The notes under the pieces were generated by a model that saw only the letters and a program-made list of their open reading frames with translations, made no database searches and was not told the origin of the DNA. From assembly GCA_947496065.1 (NCBI GenBank), contig CANMBF010000001.1:70018-134017 (forward strand): DNA of 64,000 nucleotides. The letters are read 5' to 3'. Made by a program: the position numbers and the translations under genes. Positions within the stretch are counted from its first letter, which is position 1. Each line of letters begins with the position of its first letter. The DNA comes from Bacteroidota bacterium (GTDB lineage Bacteria > Bacteroidota > Bacteroidia > NS11-12g > UBA955). Below are positions 30,325 to 41,015 of this stretch, piece after piece.

Positions 30325-32052
30325 TTACATTTTACTTTTCAGTTTCATTAAGAAACCAACTTCGCCTTGGGTTAAATGGCGCCATTTACCTCTTGGTAGG
30401 TCTTTCTTAGTAAAAATACCAAAGCTTACTCTATCAAGCTTCTCCACTTCAAATCCAAGGTGCTCGAACATTCTTCTTACAATACGGTTTCTACCACTGT
30501 GAATTTCAATTCCAATATGTCTTTTGTCTTCTGATTCGACAAATGCTACACCATCTGCATGGGCTTCGCCATCTTCAAGTTCAATGCCACTTACCAATTT
30601 ATCTAAATCGGCACTGGTGGCTTTTTTGTCCAATTCAACTTGGTATATTTTTTTTATTTCAAAGCTAGGGTGTGTAAGCGCTTGGGTTACTTCACCATCA
30701 TTGGTTAACAATAAAACACCAGTCGTATTTCTATCTAAACGCCCAACTGGGAAAATACGCTGCTCAATCTTATCGGCTACCAAATCCATCACTGTTTTTC
30801 TGCCTTTATCATCTTCTGTAGTGGTTAAAAAATCTTTTGGCTTATTCATTATGATATAGACGAATGGTTCTGGCAATATTTTTTTGCCTTCATAACAAAC
30901 GGTATCTGTTAATTTAACGCGGTGGCCCATTTCGGTAATTACTTTACCATTCACTGTTACAGTGCCTTTTGAAATTAATTCATCGGCTTCTCTTCGGCTG
31001 CAAACACCTGAATTGGCAACATATTTATTGAGTCTGATATCCTCTTTTGCATGGGTATCGCCTGTTAATTCTTTTTTTCTTTCACTAAAGGTTTTCTTAG
31101 GCGCATCGGCATATGATTTTTTAACTTTTATTTCTGGATCGTAGCTTGGGCGAAATGGTTTTTTAGTACCATCTTTTTTATCAAATGGACTGCCAGTTTC
31201 TCTTTTTTCATAAGGTCTAGCAGGTCGGTCGTTAAAATCATTACTGTCTCTTTTCTCATAAGATCTTACTGGCTTATCGAATCCAGCACCATCCCTTTTT
31301 TCATAAGGTTTTTTGGGTCTATCATTAAAGCCAGCGCTGTCGCGTTTTTCGTATGGACGTTTGCCACCATCGCCAAAGCCAGCGCCATCCCTTTTCTCAT
31401 AAGGGCGTTTTGCGCGGTCGTTAAATCCAGCATTGTCTCTTTTTTCGTAAGGTTTTTTGGTTCCATCCCCAAAGCCAGCGCCATCTCTTTTCTCATAAGG
31501 GCGTTTTGCACGGTCGTTAAATCCAGCATTGTCTCTTTTTTCGTAAGGTCTTTTAGAAGCATCCCCAAAGCTAGCATTGTCTCTTTTCTCGTATGGTCGC
31601 TTTGGTTTATCACCAAAGTTACTGCTTGTTTTTCTTTCGTATGGATTTTTTGGACGGTCGCTATAACCAGCGCCATCTCTTTTCTCATACGGACTTTTTG
31701 GTTTGTCACCAAAGCTACCAGTATCTTTTCTTTCGTAGGTTTTCTTTGGGCGATCGCCAAAGTCAGCATTATCTCTTTTCTCGTAAGGTCTTTTGGGTTT
31801 ATCTCCGAAACCACCTGTGTCTTTTCTTTCGTAAGGTCTTTTTGGTCCAGAACCTGCGCCATCTCTGTTGTATGACTTACCTGGAGGTGGGGCTAAAAAG
31901 CGAGGAGGTGCCAGCTCGTCCTTATCATTTGGATTGTATCGCTCAGAAGGGGTTTCGCTATTAGAATCATAACGCTTCTTGCGGTCTGTATCCGGTTTCG
32001 AATAATTTTTTTTGAACGGTTTATCGTTCTTATTATCTCTATTATATGGCAT
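30325..32052 (-). CDS. rluB: RluB/RsuA-family pseudouridine synthase with long N-terminal 16-aa tandem-repeat region
   Basis: The C-terminal half has an S4 domain (IRLNKYVANSGVCSRREAD) and a pseudouridine synthase catalytic core. The N-terminal ~290 aa are KRPYEKRD(N/G)AGF(N/G)D-type repeats. Confidence 0.75.
   Translation of the reverse strand: MPYNRDNKNDKPFKKNYSKPDTDRKKRYDSNSETPSERYNPNDKDELAPPRFLAPPPGKSYNRDGAGSGPKRPYERKDTGGFGDKPKRPYEKRDNADFGDRPKKTYERKDTGSFGDKPKSPYEKRDGAGYSDRPKNPYERKTSSNFGDKPKRPYEKRDNASFGDASKRPYEKRDNAGFNDRAKRPYEKRDGAGFGDGTKKPYEKRDNAGFNDRAKRPYEKRDGAGFGDGGKRPYEKRDSAGFNDRPKKPYEKRDGAGFDKPVRSYEKRDSNDFNDRPARPYEKRETGSPFDKKDGTKKPFRPSYDPEIKVKKSYADAPKKTFSERKKELTGDTHAKEDIRLNKYVANSGVCSRREADELISKGTVTVNGKVITEMGHRVKLTDTVCYEGKKILPEPFVYIIMNKPKDFLTTTEDDKGRKTVMDLVADKIEQRIFPVGRLDRNTTGVLLLTNDGEVTQALTHPSFEIKKIYQVELDKKATSADLDKLVSGIELEDGEAHADGVAFVESEDKRHIGIEIHSGRNRIVRRMFEHLGFEVEKLDRVSFGIFTKKDLPRGKWRHLTQGEVGFLMKLKSKM
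31185..31875. repeat. Intragenic 48-bp tandem repeats (about 14 units), including a near-identical 96-bp duplication at 31375..31470 and 31471..31566
   Basis: The units are directly visible in the DNA. The two 96-bp units differ at only a few positions. Confidence 0.75.
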
Positions 32053-32119
32053 AACTACTGCAAAGGTACGGAAAAACCACTTGTCTTCCTCCTAATTAGA
32101 GACTTACCACTATTGCGTA

Positions 32120-32695
32120 TTACAACTCTATGAAAAGGTAAACAGACTTCATACGCTTAAAATAGTCAATCGTTAATTGTATTCTAAAGTCGCTTTTTAC
32201 AGTAAGATCGCTTATGAAAGATTTACTAGAGGGTGTTCCAACTAAACTATTTTTAGCATAAATAATTAAATTTTTAGCAGATGCTATCGCCTTTATTGGC
32301 TGTATTTCTGAACTAAAACAGACGGACATACTGCTACTTTCTAGTTTTAGACAGGTAACAATAAGTGTGTTTTCAATTTTTTCTGCAGAAATATGTTCAA
32401 TGCCATTATCATTGAATAAATCGGCGAGTTTTTTCTCGCCTAATGCAATGTTACCAAGATTTTTATCTGTTTTTAATTGAATAATTTGGGATAAAAAATC
32501 ATAACTATTACCACAAGTATTGAAGAAATAACCATTTTTTACCCATTCAGTTATAAAATCTTCATCTGCCAAAACCATTGATTCTTTAAAAATATCACTC
32601 TCAAAATTTAGCAAAGGATATTGGTTCGGAAGCGGTTGTACTAAACCCTTTCGAATCTGTTTTATTGTTTGTTCTTTTGGAGTAATATCAAACAC
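32120..32695 (-). CDS. Hypothetical protein
   Basis: 191 aa ORF with no recognised motif. Confidence 0.45.
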   Translation of the reverse strand: MFDITPKEQTIKQIRKGLVQPLPNQYPLLNFESDIFKESMVLADEDFITEWVKNGYFFNTCGNSYDFLSQIIQLKTDKNLGNIALGEKKLADLFNDNGIEHISAEKIENTLIVTCLKLESSSMSVCFSSEIQPIKAIASAKNLIIYAKNSLVGTPSSKSFISDLTVKSDFRIQLTIDYFKRMKSVYLFIEL

Positions 32696-32763
32696 AATGA
32701 TTTGTAGAATAAAAACTACATTTGCAAAGTAATAGTAAAATAATTAGAAAACATCGTTAAATA

Positions 32764-34494
32764 TTGTCAGCTTCTACCAATGCCATATTGCATGCTTTAA
32801 ATAGTATTAAGCAACTACTCGATAAGTCCCATCAAAAAAAGGGGCGTAGGTTATTGGTATTAACAAGCCTTGTTTCAATTGCTGATGTAATTGGCTTAGC
32901 CGCTGTAGTGCCAATATTAATGTTAGCTATTGATGGTGATTTTTTGGAAAAAAGCAGCAAAGTGCGTTATGTTTTCAAGCATTCTGGTTTGCCAAGTGAG
33001 GCTAGTTTTTTGATTATTTTAATTTTAAGTGTAGTTGTATTTTTTGCCATTAAAAACATATTGGCAGTCAGTATTCAGAACAACATCCAAAAATTATGTA
33101 CTGAATTGGTTCAAAAGTTCACTGAAAAAACTTTTTACCATTCAGTGAATCAAAATTACCTTAAAATAGTCGCGAGCGGTACTTCAGAATTACTACAAAA
33201 AATACACTTTAATTCGTTTTATTACGCAACGGGTATTCTATTGCCTTTTATTGGTATTATTGGGGAAAGTGTGATTGTTATTTTTGTTATTTTATTCATT
33301 ATGTGGTTTAATCCTTTGGTGTTTTTACTAATTGCATTAATTACAGGACCAGCATTTTATTTCATTAATAAGACAGTTAAAAACAAGGTATATGCGCTCG
33401 GTCAAAAAGCAAAGGACCAAAGAGAGAAGACCATCGAGAGTTTGAATATTGGAATTAATGGTTTGGCAGACATTAAAATAAACCATACTTCAGGGTATTT
33501 TATTAAGGATTTTTTAGGCAAACAAAGGCCACTTTTAGAGTATGATTTTAAGTCGATGCAATATCAGCTAATACCTTCTCGTGCCAATGAATTTGTTGTT
33601 TTAATAGGCGTTATTATATTGGTAGTATATGGTTACTTTTTTTCACATAATCCAGGTGGGTTAAGATTGCTGGGTGCTATTTTTGTATTATCCGTTTTTA
33701 GATTGATACCAGCTTTAAATCGTCTGCTTGTCGCTTTAATGAAGATTAAGCATTACCAATACACCATAGATTTTTTAAGAAACAACGATACTGTTTCAAC
33801 TCAGCATTTAAAGCACCCTATAGTAGTTCATCAAAAAATTGAGTTGGTTAATATTGGCTTTAAATATGCAGACAGTTCAACAAATTTATTAAGCAACATT
33901 ACTTTAGCGATTAATAAGGGCGACATTATTGGCATAATTGGTAATAGTGGAAGCGGTAAAAGCACGTTATTAAAAATTGTAGCTGGTTTAATAAAACCTA
34001 ATGAGGGCGAGATAAGAATAGATGGAAAACCCTTACAATCTGAACAAATAAGCAGTTGGCAAAATCAGCTAGGTTTTGTACACCAATCTCCCTTTATTTT
34101 TAATAAATCATTGATTGAAAACATTACTTTTTCGGAGGTAGTAGATGATGAAAAATTAAATCGCGCAATTGAGAATTCTGGCATTTGCGAATTTATAAAT
34201 ACATTGCCGAACGGTATGCATACAGTTCTTGGTGAACAAGGCGTAAAAATTAGTGAGGGACAGAAGCAAAGAATTGCCATAGCAAGGGCTTTGTATAAGA
34301 ATGCAAAGGTGCTATTGTTTGATGAGGCAACCAGTGCTTTAGATGCAGAAGCTGAGCAAATCATCATAGAGAGCTTAAAGAAATTAAAGGATCAGCAGGT
34401 TACGATTTTAATTATTGCACATCAAAACAGAATACTGCATCTTTGCGACCAAATATTTAAAATCAAGGAAGGAATATTGACAAAAAATGACTGA
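32764..34494 (+). CDS. ABC exporter, fused permease/ATPase (MsbA-like)
   Basis: N-terminal 6-TM domain, then Walker A GNSGSGKST, signature LSEGQKQRIA and Walker B LLFDEATSALD. Confidence 0.8.
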   Translation: MSASTNAILHALNSIKQLLDKSHQKKGRRLLVLTSLVSIADVIGLAAVVPILMLAIDGDFLEKSSKVRYVFKHSGLPSEASFLIILILSVVVFFAIKNILAVSIQNNIQKLCTELVQKFTEKTFYHSVNQNYLKIVASGTSELLQKIHFNSFYYATGILLPFIGIIGESVIVIFVILFIMWFNPLVFLLIALITGPAFYFINKTVKNKVYALGQKAKDQREKTIESLNIGINGLADIKINHTSGYFIKDFLGKQRPLLEYDFKSMQYQLIPSRANEFVVLIGVIILVVYGYFFSHNPGGLRLLGAIFVLSVFRLIPALNRLLVALMKIKHYQYTIDFLRNNDTVSTQHLKHPIVVHQKIELVNIGFKYADSSTNLLSNITLAINKGDIIGIIGNSGSGKSTLLKIVAGLIKPNEGEIRIDGKPLQSEQISSWQNQLGFVHQSPFIFNKSLIENITFSEVVDDEKLNRAIENSGICEFINTLPNGMHTVLGEQGVKISEGQKQRIAIARALYKNAKVLLFDEATSALDAEAEQIIIESLKKLKDQQVTILIIAHQNRILHLCDQIFKIKEGILTKND

Positions 34495-35518
34495 TATAAA
34501 AAAAATAAAATTTGCAGTTATAGGTACAGGACATATTGGCAAACGCCATATCGAAATGATCTCAAGACATGGTGAATCGGAGTTAGTGGCACTATGTGAT
34601 ATAAAGCCACAAGACACTTTATCAATAGAGAATTATAAGGTGCCCTTTTTTAATACCTTGAACGAGTTAATGCAATCAGGTATTGAATTCGATGTGTTGA
34701 GTATTGCCACACCCAATGGTTTACATGCCGAGCATGCATTAATAGGCCTTGAACATAAAAAGCATATTGTCATTGAAAAACCAATGGCACTCAGTAAAGC
34801 CGATTGCGAAAAAATTATTTTTAAAGCCTTACAAGTTTCAAGACAGGTATTTTGTGTGATGCAAAATCGTTATTCTCCGCCTTCTGAATGGATTAAAAAA
34901 ATAGTTGAAGATGGTCTTTTGGGATCTATTTACATGGTTCAAATAAACTGTTATTGGAACAGAGATAGCCGCTATTACAAATCCGATGGTTGGAAGGGAA
35001 AATTAGCCTTGGATGGTGGCACTTTATTTACCCAATTTTCACACTTTATCGATATTATGTATTGGTTATTTGGTGATATTTCAGATATACAAGCTAAGTT
35101 CAATGATTTTAGCCATGCAACGCTAACAGATTTTGAAGATAGTGGAATGGTTAATTTTAATTTTGTAAATGGCGGAATGGGATCTTTAAACTATTCGACT
35201 TCTGTTTGGGACAAAAATTTGGAAAGTAGTTTAACGATTGTTGCTGAAAAGGGCAGTGTTAAAATAGGAGGACAATACATGAATGAAGTGGAGTACTGTC
35301 ATGTTGAAAGTTATGAAATGCCTGTTTTAGCTGAAGCTAATCCTGCCAATGACTATGGTCCTTACAAAGGGTCGGCTGCCAATCACAATTATGTATACGA
35401 AAATGTAATTGATACATTGAGAAACAGAACAACGGTTACTACCAATGCATTAGAAGGATTAAAAGTAGTAGAGATTATTGAACGAATCTATTCTCTAAAT
35501 CCATTCATCAAAAGTTAG
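34487..35518 (+). CDS. Gfo/Idh/MocA-family NAD(P)-dependent oxidoreductase (sugar-nucleotide dehydrogenase-like)
   Basis: N-terminal Rossmann motif [13 protein letters not shown] and the EKP motif. Confidence 0.8.
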   Translation: MTDIKKIKFAVIGTGHIGKRHIEMISRHGESELVALCDIKPQDTLSIENYKVPFFNTLNELMQSGIEFDVLSIATPNGLHAEHALIGLEHKKHIVIEKPMALSKADCEKIIFKALQVSRQVFCVMQNRYSPPSEWIKKIVEDGLLGSIYMVQINCYWNRDSRYYKSDGWKGKLALDGGTLFTQFSHFIDIMYWLFGDISDIQAKFNDFSHATLTDFEDSGMVNFNFVNGGMGSLNYSTSVWDKNLESSLTIVAEKGSVKIGGQYMNEVEYCHVESYEMPVLAEANPANDYGPYKGSAANHNYVYENVIDTLRNRTTVTTNALEGLKVVEIIERIYSLNPFIKS

Positions 35519-35519
35519 T

Positions 35520-36236
35520 ATGCGTAAACTATCAATTATTATTCCAGCATATAATGAAGCCAATACCATTCATTTAATTTTGAATAAAGTTCATGCTGTG
35601 GAATTGATAGGTGGTATGACAAAAGAAATTCTCATTATCAATGATTGTTCAAAAGACAATACAGAAGCAGCAATTTTTAGCTACATAAAAGAGCATCCTG
35701 AATTAAATATTCAATACAGAAAGCACGAAGTAAACAAAGGCAAAGGAGCGGCATTGCATACTGGTATTAAGGAGGCAACAGGTGATTACGTTATTGTACA
35801 AGATGCCGATTTGGAATACGATCCAAATGAATATAATATTTTGCTTAAACCAATTTTAGATGGTTTTGCCGATGTAGTTTATGGTACCCGATTCATGGGT
35901 GGCAAGCCGCACAGAATTTTATTCTTTTGGCACTCAATTGGCAATAAATTTTTAACGCAGTTAAGCAATTCTCTCACCAATCTTAATTTAACTGACATGG
36001 AAACATGTTATAAATTATTCAAACGAGATATTATACAATCCATACATTTTAAAGAAAACCGATTTGGGTTCGAACCTGAAGTTACTGCAAAAATAGCAAG
36101 AATAAAAGGAGTGAGAATATACGAAGTTGGCATTTCGTATTATGGTAGAACCTACTTAGAAGGTAAAAAAATTGGTTGGAAAGATGGTTTTCGTGCCATT
36201 TATTGTATTATTAAATACAATATCTTTAGTCGCTAA
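35520..36236 (+). CDS. Soluble GT2 glycosyltransferase (DPM1-like polyprenyl-phosphate sugar synthase family)
   Basis: IIIPAYNE, DxD (QDADLE) and a GT-A fold; no TM tail. Confidence 0.8.
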   Translation: MRKLSIIIPAYNEANTIHLILNKVHAVELIGGMTKEILIINDCSKDNTEAAIFSYIKEHPELNIQYRKHEVNKGKGAALHTGIKEATGDYVIVQDADLEYDPNEYNILLKPILDGFADVVYGTRFMGGKPHRILFFWHSIGNKFLTQLSNSLTNLNLTDMETCYKLFKRDIIQSIHFKENRFGFEPEVTAKIARIKGVRIYEVGISYYGRTYLEGKKIGWKDGFRAIYCIIKYNIFSR

Positions 36237-36249
36237 TACAGCTCATGCT

Positions 36250-36348
36250 TTATGTGTTTATTCATTCTTTCCTGGGAAATCATCGCTTAATATTGTCGTT
36301 GAGGACAGTTCTCCGCAACTTTTACTTGTTGCCTAACCCGAACTTACT
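36250..36348. repeat. Copy A of ~95-bp imperfect direct repeat (partner at 41046..41145)
   Basis: ttatgtgtttattcattctt...catcgcttaatattgtcgttgaggacagttctccgcaacttttacttgttgcctaaccc is ~80% identical to the partner copy and in the same orientation. Confidence 0.6.
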
Positions 36349-36352
36349 TTAA

Positions 36353-37336
36353 TTAATCATTTAAAATAGGCACGGCCTTTGTTAAAGAATCGTAATGGTG
36401 AATTAATTCATTTGTATATTGTTTGGCACCTTTGGTGTTTAAGTGAATATGCATATAAAACATGGTCGAATCGTTGTATGAGGGGGAGTTAAAATTTTTG
36501 AAGGGTATATTTTTTCTCTTCGAATAATTATTCAATGTATCTATTAAGCTCTGGGATACCTTGCCATAGGAGGGGTAGGACTGGGGTGGATAAATAAGAT
36601 TTAATTCTATGGAATTTTGCCTACAATAGGTTACGAAAGAATCGATATACTGAAAATTGAGCTTGCCGATTGTTTTATTAGGGGTATTCCATCTGCTCTC
36701 TTTAATGTTGCCCCATAACCATTTCGAAGGATTGGAGCCGTATTCGAATAATCGGTAGTCACTCTCTGGGTTCTTGGTCTGTATTTTATCGTGCTTTAAT
36801 AAATGGCGGATAAACAAATCTTTATATCCTATGTACCGTATTAATGGCACATATTGTTCAAAACCATTGTATCCTCTCTCTTTGCTAAAGTGTTTATTTA
36901 TTTTTAGATTATTTAAGAACAGGTAGGATAGGTAATTTTCTTTGCCATAAAATGTATTAGCCTGTAAACCCTCGATAATTGTAAAAGTGGGATCAAATTG
37001 CAGGTATATTAATTCGGGCGGTGGGTTATTTTCCATGTACTTTATAAATTTATACCATAGTACCTCCGAACCCCTGCCGTTTTGCGCTAGTGAGTAAGCC
37101 TTTACCTGCGTTTGCGAACTAAATTCTTTTACATCGACATGCACCCAAGTTCTGGAATTTCCTATAAAAAGCACCTTATTAGTATAGTTTCTCTTTATGT
37201 GCCAGTCGGCCTGCAACAAATACTGAGTATTGGATACATTATTCCATATTATAACCTCTAAAATGGCTAGTATACAAAAAATTAACAATAGATATGTTAT
37301 AAGTCGAGAAACGAGTTTGTAGACGAACTTTTTCAT
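36353..37336 (-). CDS. Membrane-anchored partner of MBOAT acyltransferase (AlgJ/DltD/SGNH-like candidate)
   Basis: It lies immediately downstream of the MBOAT gene with a 1-bp gap. It has an N-terminal TM anchor and a FIGNS motif resembling an SGNH block I. Confidence 0.45.
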   Translation of the reverse strand: MKKFVYKLVSRLITYLLLIFCILAILEVIIWNNVSNTQYLLQADWHIKRNYTNKVLFIGNSRTWVHVDVKEFSSQTQVKAYSLAQNGRGSEVLWYKFIKYMENNPPPELIYLQFDPTFTIIEGLQANTFYGKENYLSYLFLNNLKINKHFSKERGYNGFEQYVPLIRYIGYKDLFIRHLLKHDKIQTKNPESDYRLFEYGSNPSKWLWGNIKESRWNTPNKTIGKLNFQYIDSFVTYCRQNSIELNLIYPPQSYPSYGKVSQSLIDTLNNYSKRKNIPFKNFNSPSYNDSTMFYMHIHLNTKGAKQYTNELIHHYDSLTKAVPILND

Positions 37337-37337
37337 T

Positions 37338-38786
37338 TTAAAATTGAAAATAAATGAATTCTGGCTTGTTCTTTAGCAATATCTCTATTAACAGATAAAT
37401 TAATGTTAAAGCCAGTATTATAAAATAAATAAGGTGTTTGGCGGTTTTATTATGCGGAATCCTCAATTGCCTCTCATCCCTTCTCATCCACCAATCGCCA
37501 AGCACAAGTGGAATAATGTATACGAATGCCATTTTATTATTTGTAAGTCCTAACCATGGACCTTGGTGTGCTACAAAAATGCATTTTATATAATTTAAGG
37601 CCATTGGCATTCCATCTGCTCTAAAAAATATCCAAGCAAATGTTACAAAAACAAACGTTGTTGCCATTTGCCAAAGTTCCTTTAGGTTGGGCAGTATACG
37701 ATTGCTGGCAACTACGTCACTTATGTGTTTGCGATTACGGCCTAATATAAGCAGCGGTAAAAAGCCACACGCATGTATGAAACCCCAAGCAATAAAATTC
37801 CATCTTGCTCCATGCCAAAATCCGCTTACAAGGAATATAATAAAGGTGTTTCTTATAGCTGTATGTTTACCGTTTTTTGACCCACCCAGGGGTATATACA
37901 AATAATCTCTGAACCATGAGGATAATGAAATATGCCAGCGCCTCCAAAACTCAGCCACATCACGTGCAAAGTAAGGAAACCTAAAATTGGTTAACAACTC
38001 AAAACCAAACAGTTTTGCAGTGCCCAAGGCAATATCCGAGTACCCACTGAAGTCGCCATAAATTTGGAAGCTAAAGGCTACAGCGCCTGTAATTAAAGTT
38101 GTACTATCTACCTGCTGGTAATTAAGAAATATAGGATCAACAATACCGGCAAGGCTATCGGCTATCACCACTTTTTTAAACAATCCCCAAAGAATAAGGC
38201 GGCAACCTTCTACCGCTCTAGTATAGTTAAACGACCTTGGCTGCTGTACCTGTGGCAATAAATGGCTGGCACGTTCAATAGGCCCTGCAACAAGCAGTGG
38301 AAAAAAACTAACGAATACTGCATAATCAACAAAATTTTTAACTGGTGTTTGTTGTTTTCGATAAATATCAAAAACATAAGACATACCATGAAAGGTGTAA
38401 AAAGAAATTCCTATGGGTAAAGCCACATGCAATAATATAGGATGGGTATACACTCCTAATAGCTCAAAGCCATGCTGAAACTGTAAAACAAAGAAATTAT
38501 AATATTTAAATACAGCCAGTATACCAAGGTTATTGATAATGCTGAGCCATAAAAACAATTTTGCTTTTCTGCGATTTGGAGAGGCCACCCCAAAACCATA
38601 CAAGTAATCTAATACTGTGCTGAGCATAAGCAAGCCCATAAATTTGCTGCTCCACCAACCATAAAAAAAGTAACTGGCAATTAATAACAGGCCATTTTGC
38701 AAGCTTAATTGTTTATTAAAAACAAACCAATAAAGTATAAAAACTATTGGCAGGAATATTAAAAACTCAAATGAATTGAATAACAT
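37338..38786 (-). CDS. MBOAT-family membrane-bound O-acyltransferase (AlgI/DltB-like)
   Basis: Polytopic, with the conserved WRRWHISLSSWFRDYLYIPLGG His region. Confidence 0.85.
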   Translation of the reverse strand: MLFNSFEFLIFLPIVFILYWFVFNKQLSLQNGLLLIASYFFYGWWSSKFMGLLMLSTVLDYLYGFGVASPNRRKAKLFLWLSIINNLGILAVFKYYNFFVLQFQHGFELLGVYTHPILLHVALPIGISFYTFHGMSYVFDIYRKQQTPVKNFVDYAVFVSFFPLLVAGPIERASHLLPQVQQPRSFNYTRAVEGCRLILWGLFKKVVIADSLAGIVDPIFLNYQQVDSTTLITGAVAFSFQIYGDFSGYSDIALGTAKLFGFELLTNFRFPYFARDVAEFWRRWHISLSSWFRDYLYIPLGGSKNGKHTAIRNTFIIFLVSGFWHGARWNFIAWGFIHACGFLPLLILGRNRKHISDVVASNRILPNLKELWQMATTFVFVTFAWIFFRADGMPMALNYIKCIFVAHQGPWLGLTNNKMAFVYIIPLVLGDWWMRRDERQLRIPHNKTAKHLIYFIILALTLIYLLIEILLKNKPEFIYFQF

Positions 38787-38984
38787 TGATTAATATTTGA
38801 ATTATTAATTTAAAATGTGAATATAAAGTGCAGAAACACTCATACAATAATAATAGATTTATGTAAACGGAAAGTTCGTAATAGGCAATAGTATAAAAAA
38901 ACTTTTAAAAACAAGCAAAAAGAAAGGATTTTTATTGTATAAATATTTAAATAACAGTAAAATATAAATAAAATAATAATTACT

Positions 38985-39085
38985 ATGATAGAGACAAAAT
39001 TATTGAAATTTTCGCAATAGTAGATGATTTTTATATTGAATTTGAACAATAAATCAAAAATCATCCTATTTCTAATTTGAAAAAC
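38985..39085 (+). pseudogene. IS982-family transposase N-terminal fragment (frameshifted)
   Basis: MIETK-(1-nt shift)-IIEIFAIVDDFYIEFEQ matches the IS982 transposase N-terminus (xIFCxVDDFCxxFE). The remainder resumes at ~40440. Confidence 0.5.
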
Positions 39086-39169
39086 ACTTAAATATAAAAT
39101 AGTAAAGCCTCCTTAAGTGATAGTGATGTAACCCTCCCCAAAAATATTACAGTTTAAAGAGTTACAAAA

Positions 39170-40270
39170 AGTAATTAATTTTAAACTGACTAGTATAAGA
39201 AAATCAAAATTTACAGAAGTGCAAATTTTAAAAGCACTAAAAGAGCATGAAAAAAGACAGGTCAGCAGAAGACAAAATCTGTGACTTGGATATTCAAAAA
39301 GTTACTTTTTTTTACAGATGGAAGCTAGATTATTCAGGAATGAATACTACGCAAATGTCAGAATTAAAAGCACTAAGAGAAGAAAACCAAAAGTTAAAGA
39401 CCATGTATGCTGATATGGCTATAGACAATAAAGCTCTTAAGGATGTGTTGTCAAAAAAGTTCTGAAGCCTTTTGACCGCAGAGAACGGGTTGATTATATT
39501 TTATCTGAATACAAATATAGTCTGTTCAAGGCTTGTAAATTAATGAACCTATCCCGAATAGTATACAAATATAAATCGAAGAGAGATGATAGCCAGGTAG
39601 AAGACAAGGTGCTTTCTTTGGCGCTAAATATGCCAACAGATGGGCAAGATATGATTTATTATAGAATAAGGAACGAGGCTGTAAAATGAAATTTCAAACG
39701 CGTTAGAAGGATTTCAAGTAATTTAAATTTAAACAAGAGAACCAAAACACGAAAAAGAATACCTGCTAGAATAAAGGAGCCACTAGTCTGTCCAGAAGAG
39801 CCAAACCATGGATGGTCAATGGACTTCATGCATGACGTTCTGAGCAATGGAAGAAAATTCAGGACTTTGAATGTAATTGATGACTAAAATAGAGAAGTTC
39901 TTGCAATAAGAGCTCATTTAAGTATAGGCTCAAAATTGGTAACTGATGTATTATATGATATTACAACTGAAAGAGGGAAACCAAAAATTATTAGGGTTGA
40001 TAATGGTCCAGAATTTATATCAAGTGTTTTAGGGGATTGGTGCTAAAAGAGAGATATTAAATTGTAATGTATACGACCTAGAAAGCCTACCCAAAATGGC
40101 TATGTAGAAAGATTTAATAGAACTTTTAGAAGAGAAATACTAGATGCATACATATTCGATAGCTTGGATCAGGTCAGACTACTGACAGAAGAATGAATAC
40201 AAGAATACAACACAGAGCGACCTCATGAATCATTGTGTGGCATACCTCCAGCGCAATACCGCAAGTAAAA
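39170..40270 (+). mobile_element. Decayed IS3-family element (orfA/orfB with multiple frameshifts and stops) inserted inside an IS982-family element
   Basis: OrfA-like RKSKFTEVQILKALKEHE...FFYRWKLDYSGM...LKALREENQKLK...DNKALKDVLSKK. OrfB-like fragments include [51 protein letters not shown]. Several in-frame stops are present. Confidence 0.7.
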
Positions 40271-40280
40271 TTCTAATTTT

Positions 40281-40310
40281 AAAAGCAGGGGGGCTATCCC
40301 CCCTGCTTTT
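40281..40310. terminator. Perfect 13-bp GC-rich hairpin (AAAAGCAGGGGGG-ctat-CCCCCCTGCTTTT), terminator-like, at the IS3 right boundary
   Basis: The inverted repeat is directly visible. It is flanked by A and T runs on both sides. Confidence 0.5.
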
Positions 40311-40439
40311 AAAGAATCTTTACTATTTAAGAATTAAATGAGAAATATTATCTTTGAATCCTGTACTAAAAAAGGGAGGGTTACCGTGAGATTATCACTA
40401 TTTTGATTGCTTTCCAAACACGTCATTTTACCAATTTAA

Positions 40440-41015
40440 AATAAGTTTTATTTGCGGCATATTATTGTATATCAAACGGATTTTTTTACATTCCTGGTAT
40501 CATATAATCGCTTTGTTGAGATGCAACAAAAATGGGTAGCTCTTCCAAAGATGCTGTTCTTAAAAACTAAATGTCTAGGTAAATCATTAGGCATTAATTT
40601 CATTTACTCTAATTAAATCAAAGTTTGCCACAATAAAAGAATACAAATTCACTAGGTATCTAAAGGTGCCAGCGAAAAAGACCAATGCTCAATTGGATAG
40701 TTTTATGGATTTAAACTTCATTTGATAATCAATGATAAAGGGGAGATCCTTTTCTTCTATCTAGCCAAGGGCAATGTGTATGACAGAAAAAACATTAGGT
40801 AAACTCTTTGGTGACAAATGATACATCTCAAAAGCCTTATATGATCTACTATGGGGCAATGGAATACAGATGATTTCTAAGCCAAGAAAAAATACGAAAG
40901 AAATTAATATCAAACAATCGGATAAAATCCTCCAGAAGAAAAGTGCCATTATTCAATGTACATATGATGAATTGAAAAGTATCATGAACGTCAGGATACC
41001 AAACACAGAAGTATA
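40440..41015 (+). pseudogene. IS982-family transposase central and C-terminal fragment (multiple frameshifts)
   Basis: The fragments FYGFKLHLIINDKGEILFFYLAKGNVYDRK and KLFGDK-YISKALYDLLWGNGIQMISKPRKN...SAIIQCTYDELKSIMNV match the conserved IS982 DDE transposase core and C-terminus, with stops and frame changes. Confidence 0.65.

Noticed and set aside
31266-31964. ORFs 31266..31862 (-) and 31593..31964 (+) inside the rluB repeat region
   Set aside because: They are alternative-frame readings of the 48-bp tandem repeats. The rluB frame is the only one continuous with the S4 and catalytic domains.
36250-36348. Possibility that the 95-bp repeat is a tRNA or small RNA gene fragment
   Set aside because: No acceptor or anticodon-stem-like pairing or conserved T-loop sequence (GTTCRANYC) could be found, and it could not be folded convincingly by eye.
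38840-39064. 74-aa ORF on the minus strand in the AT-rich gap upstream of the MBOAT gene
   Set aside because: It has extreme AT composition, overlaps the IS982 transposase N-terminal remnant on the other strand, and has no coding periodicity.
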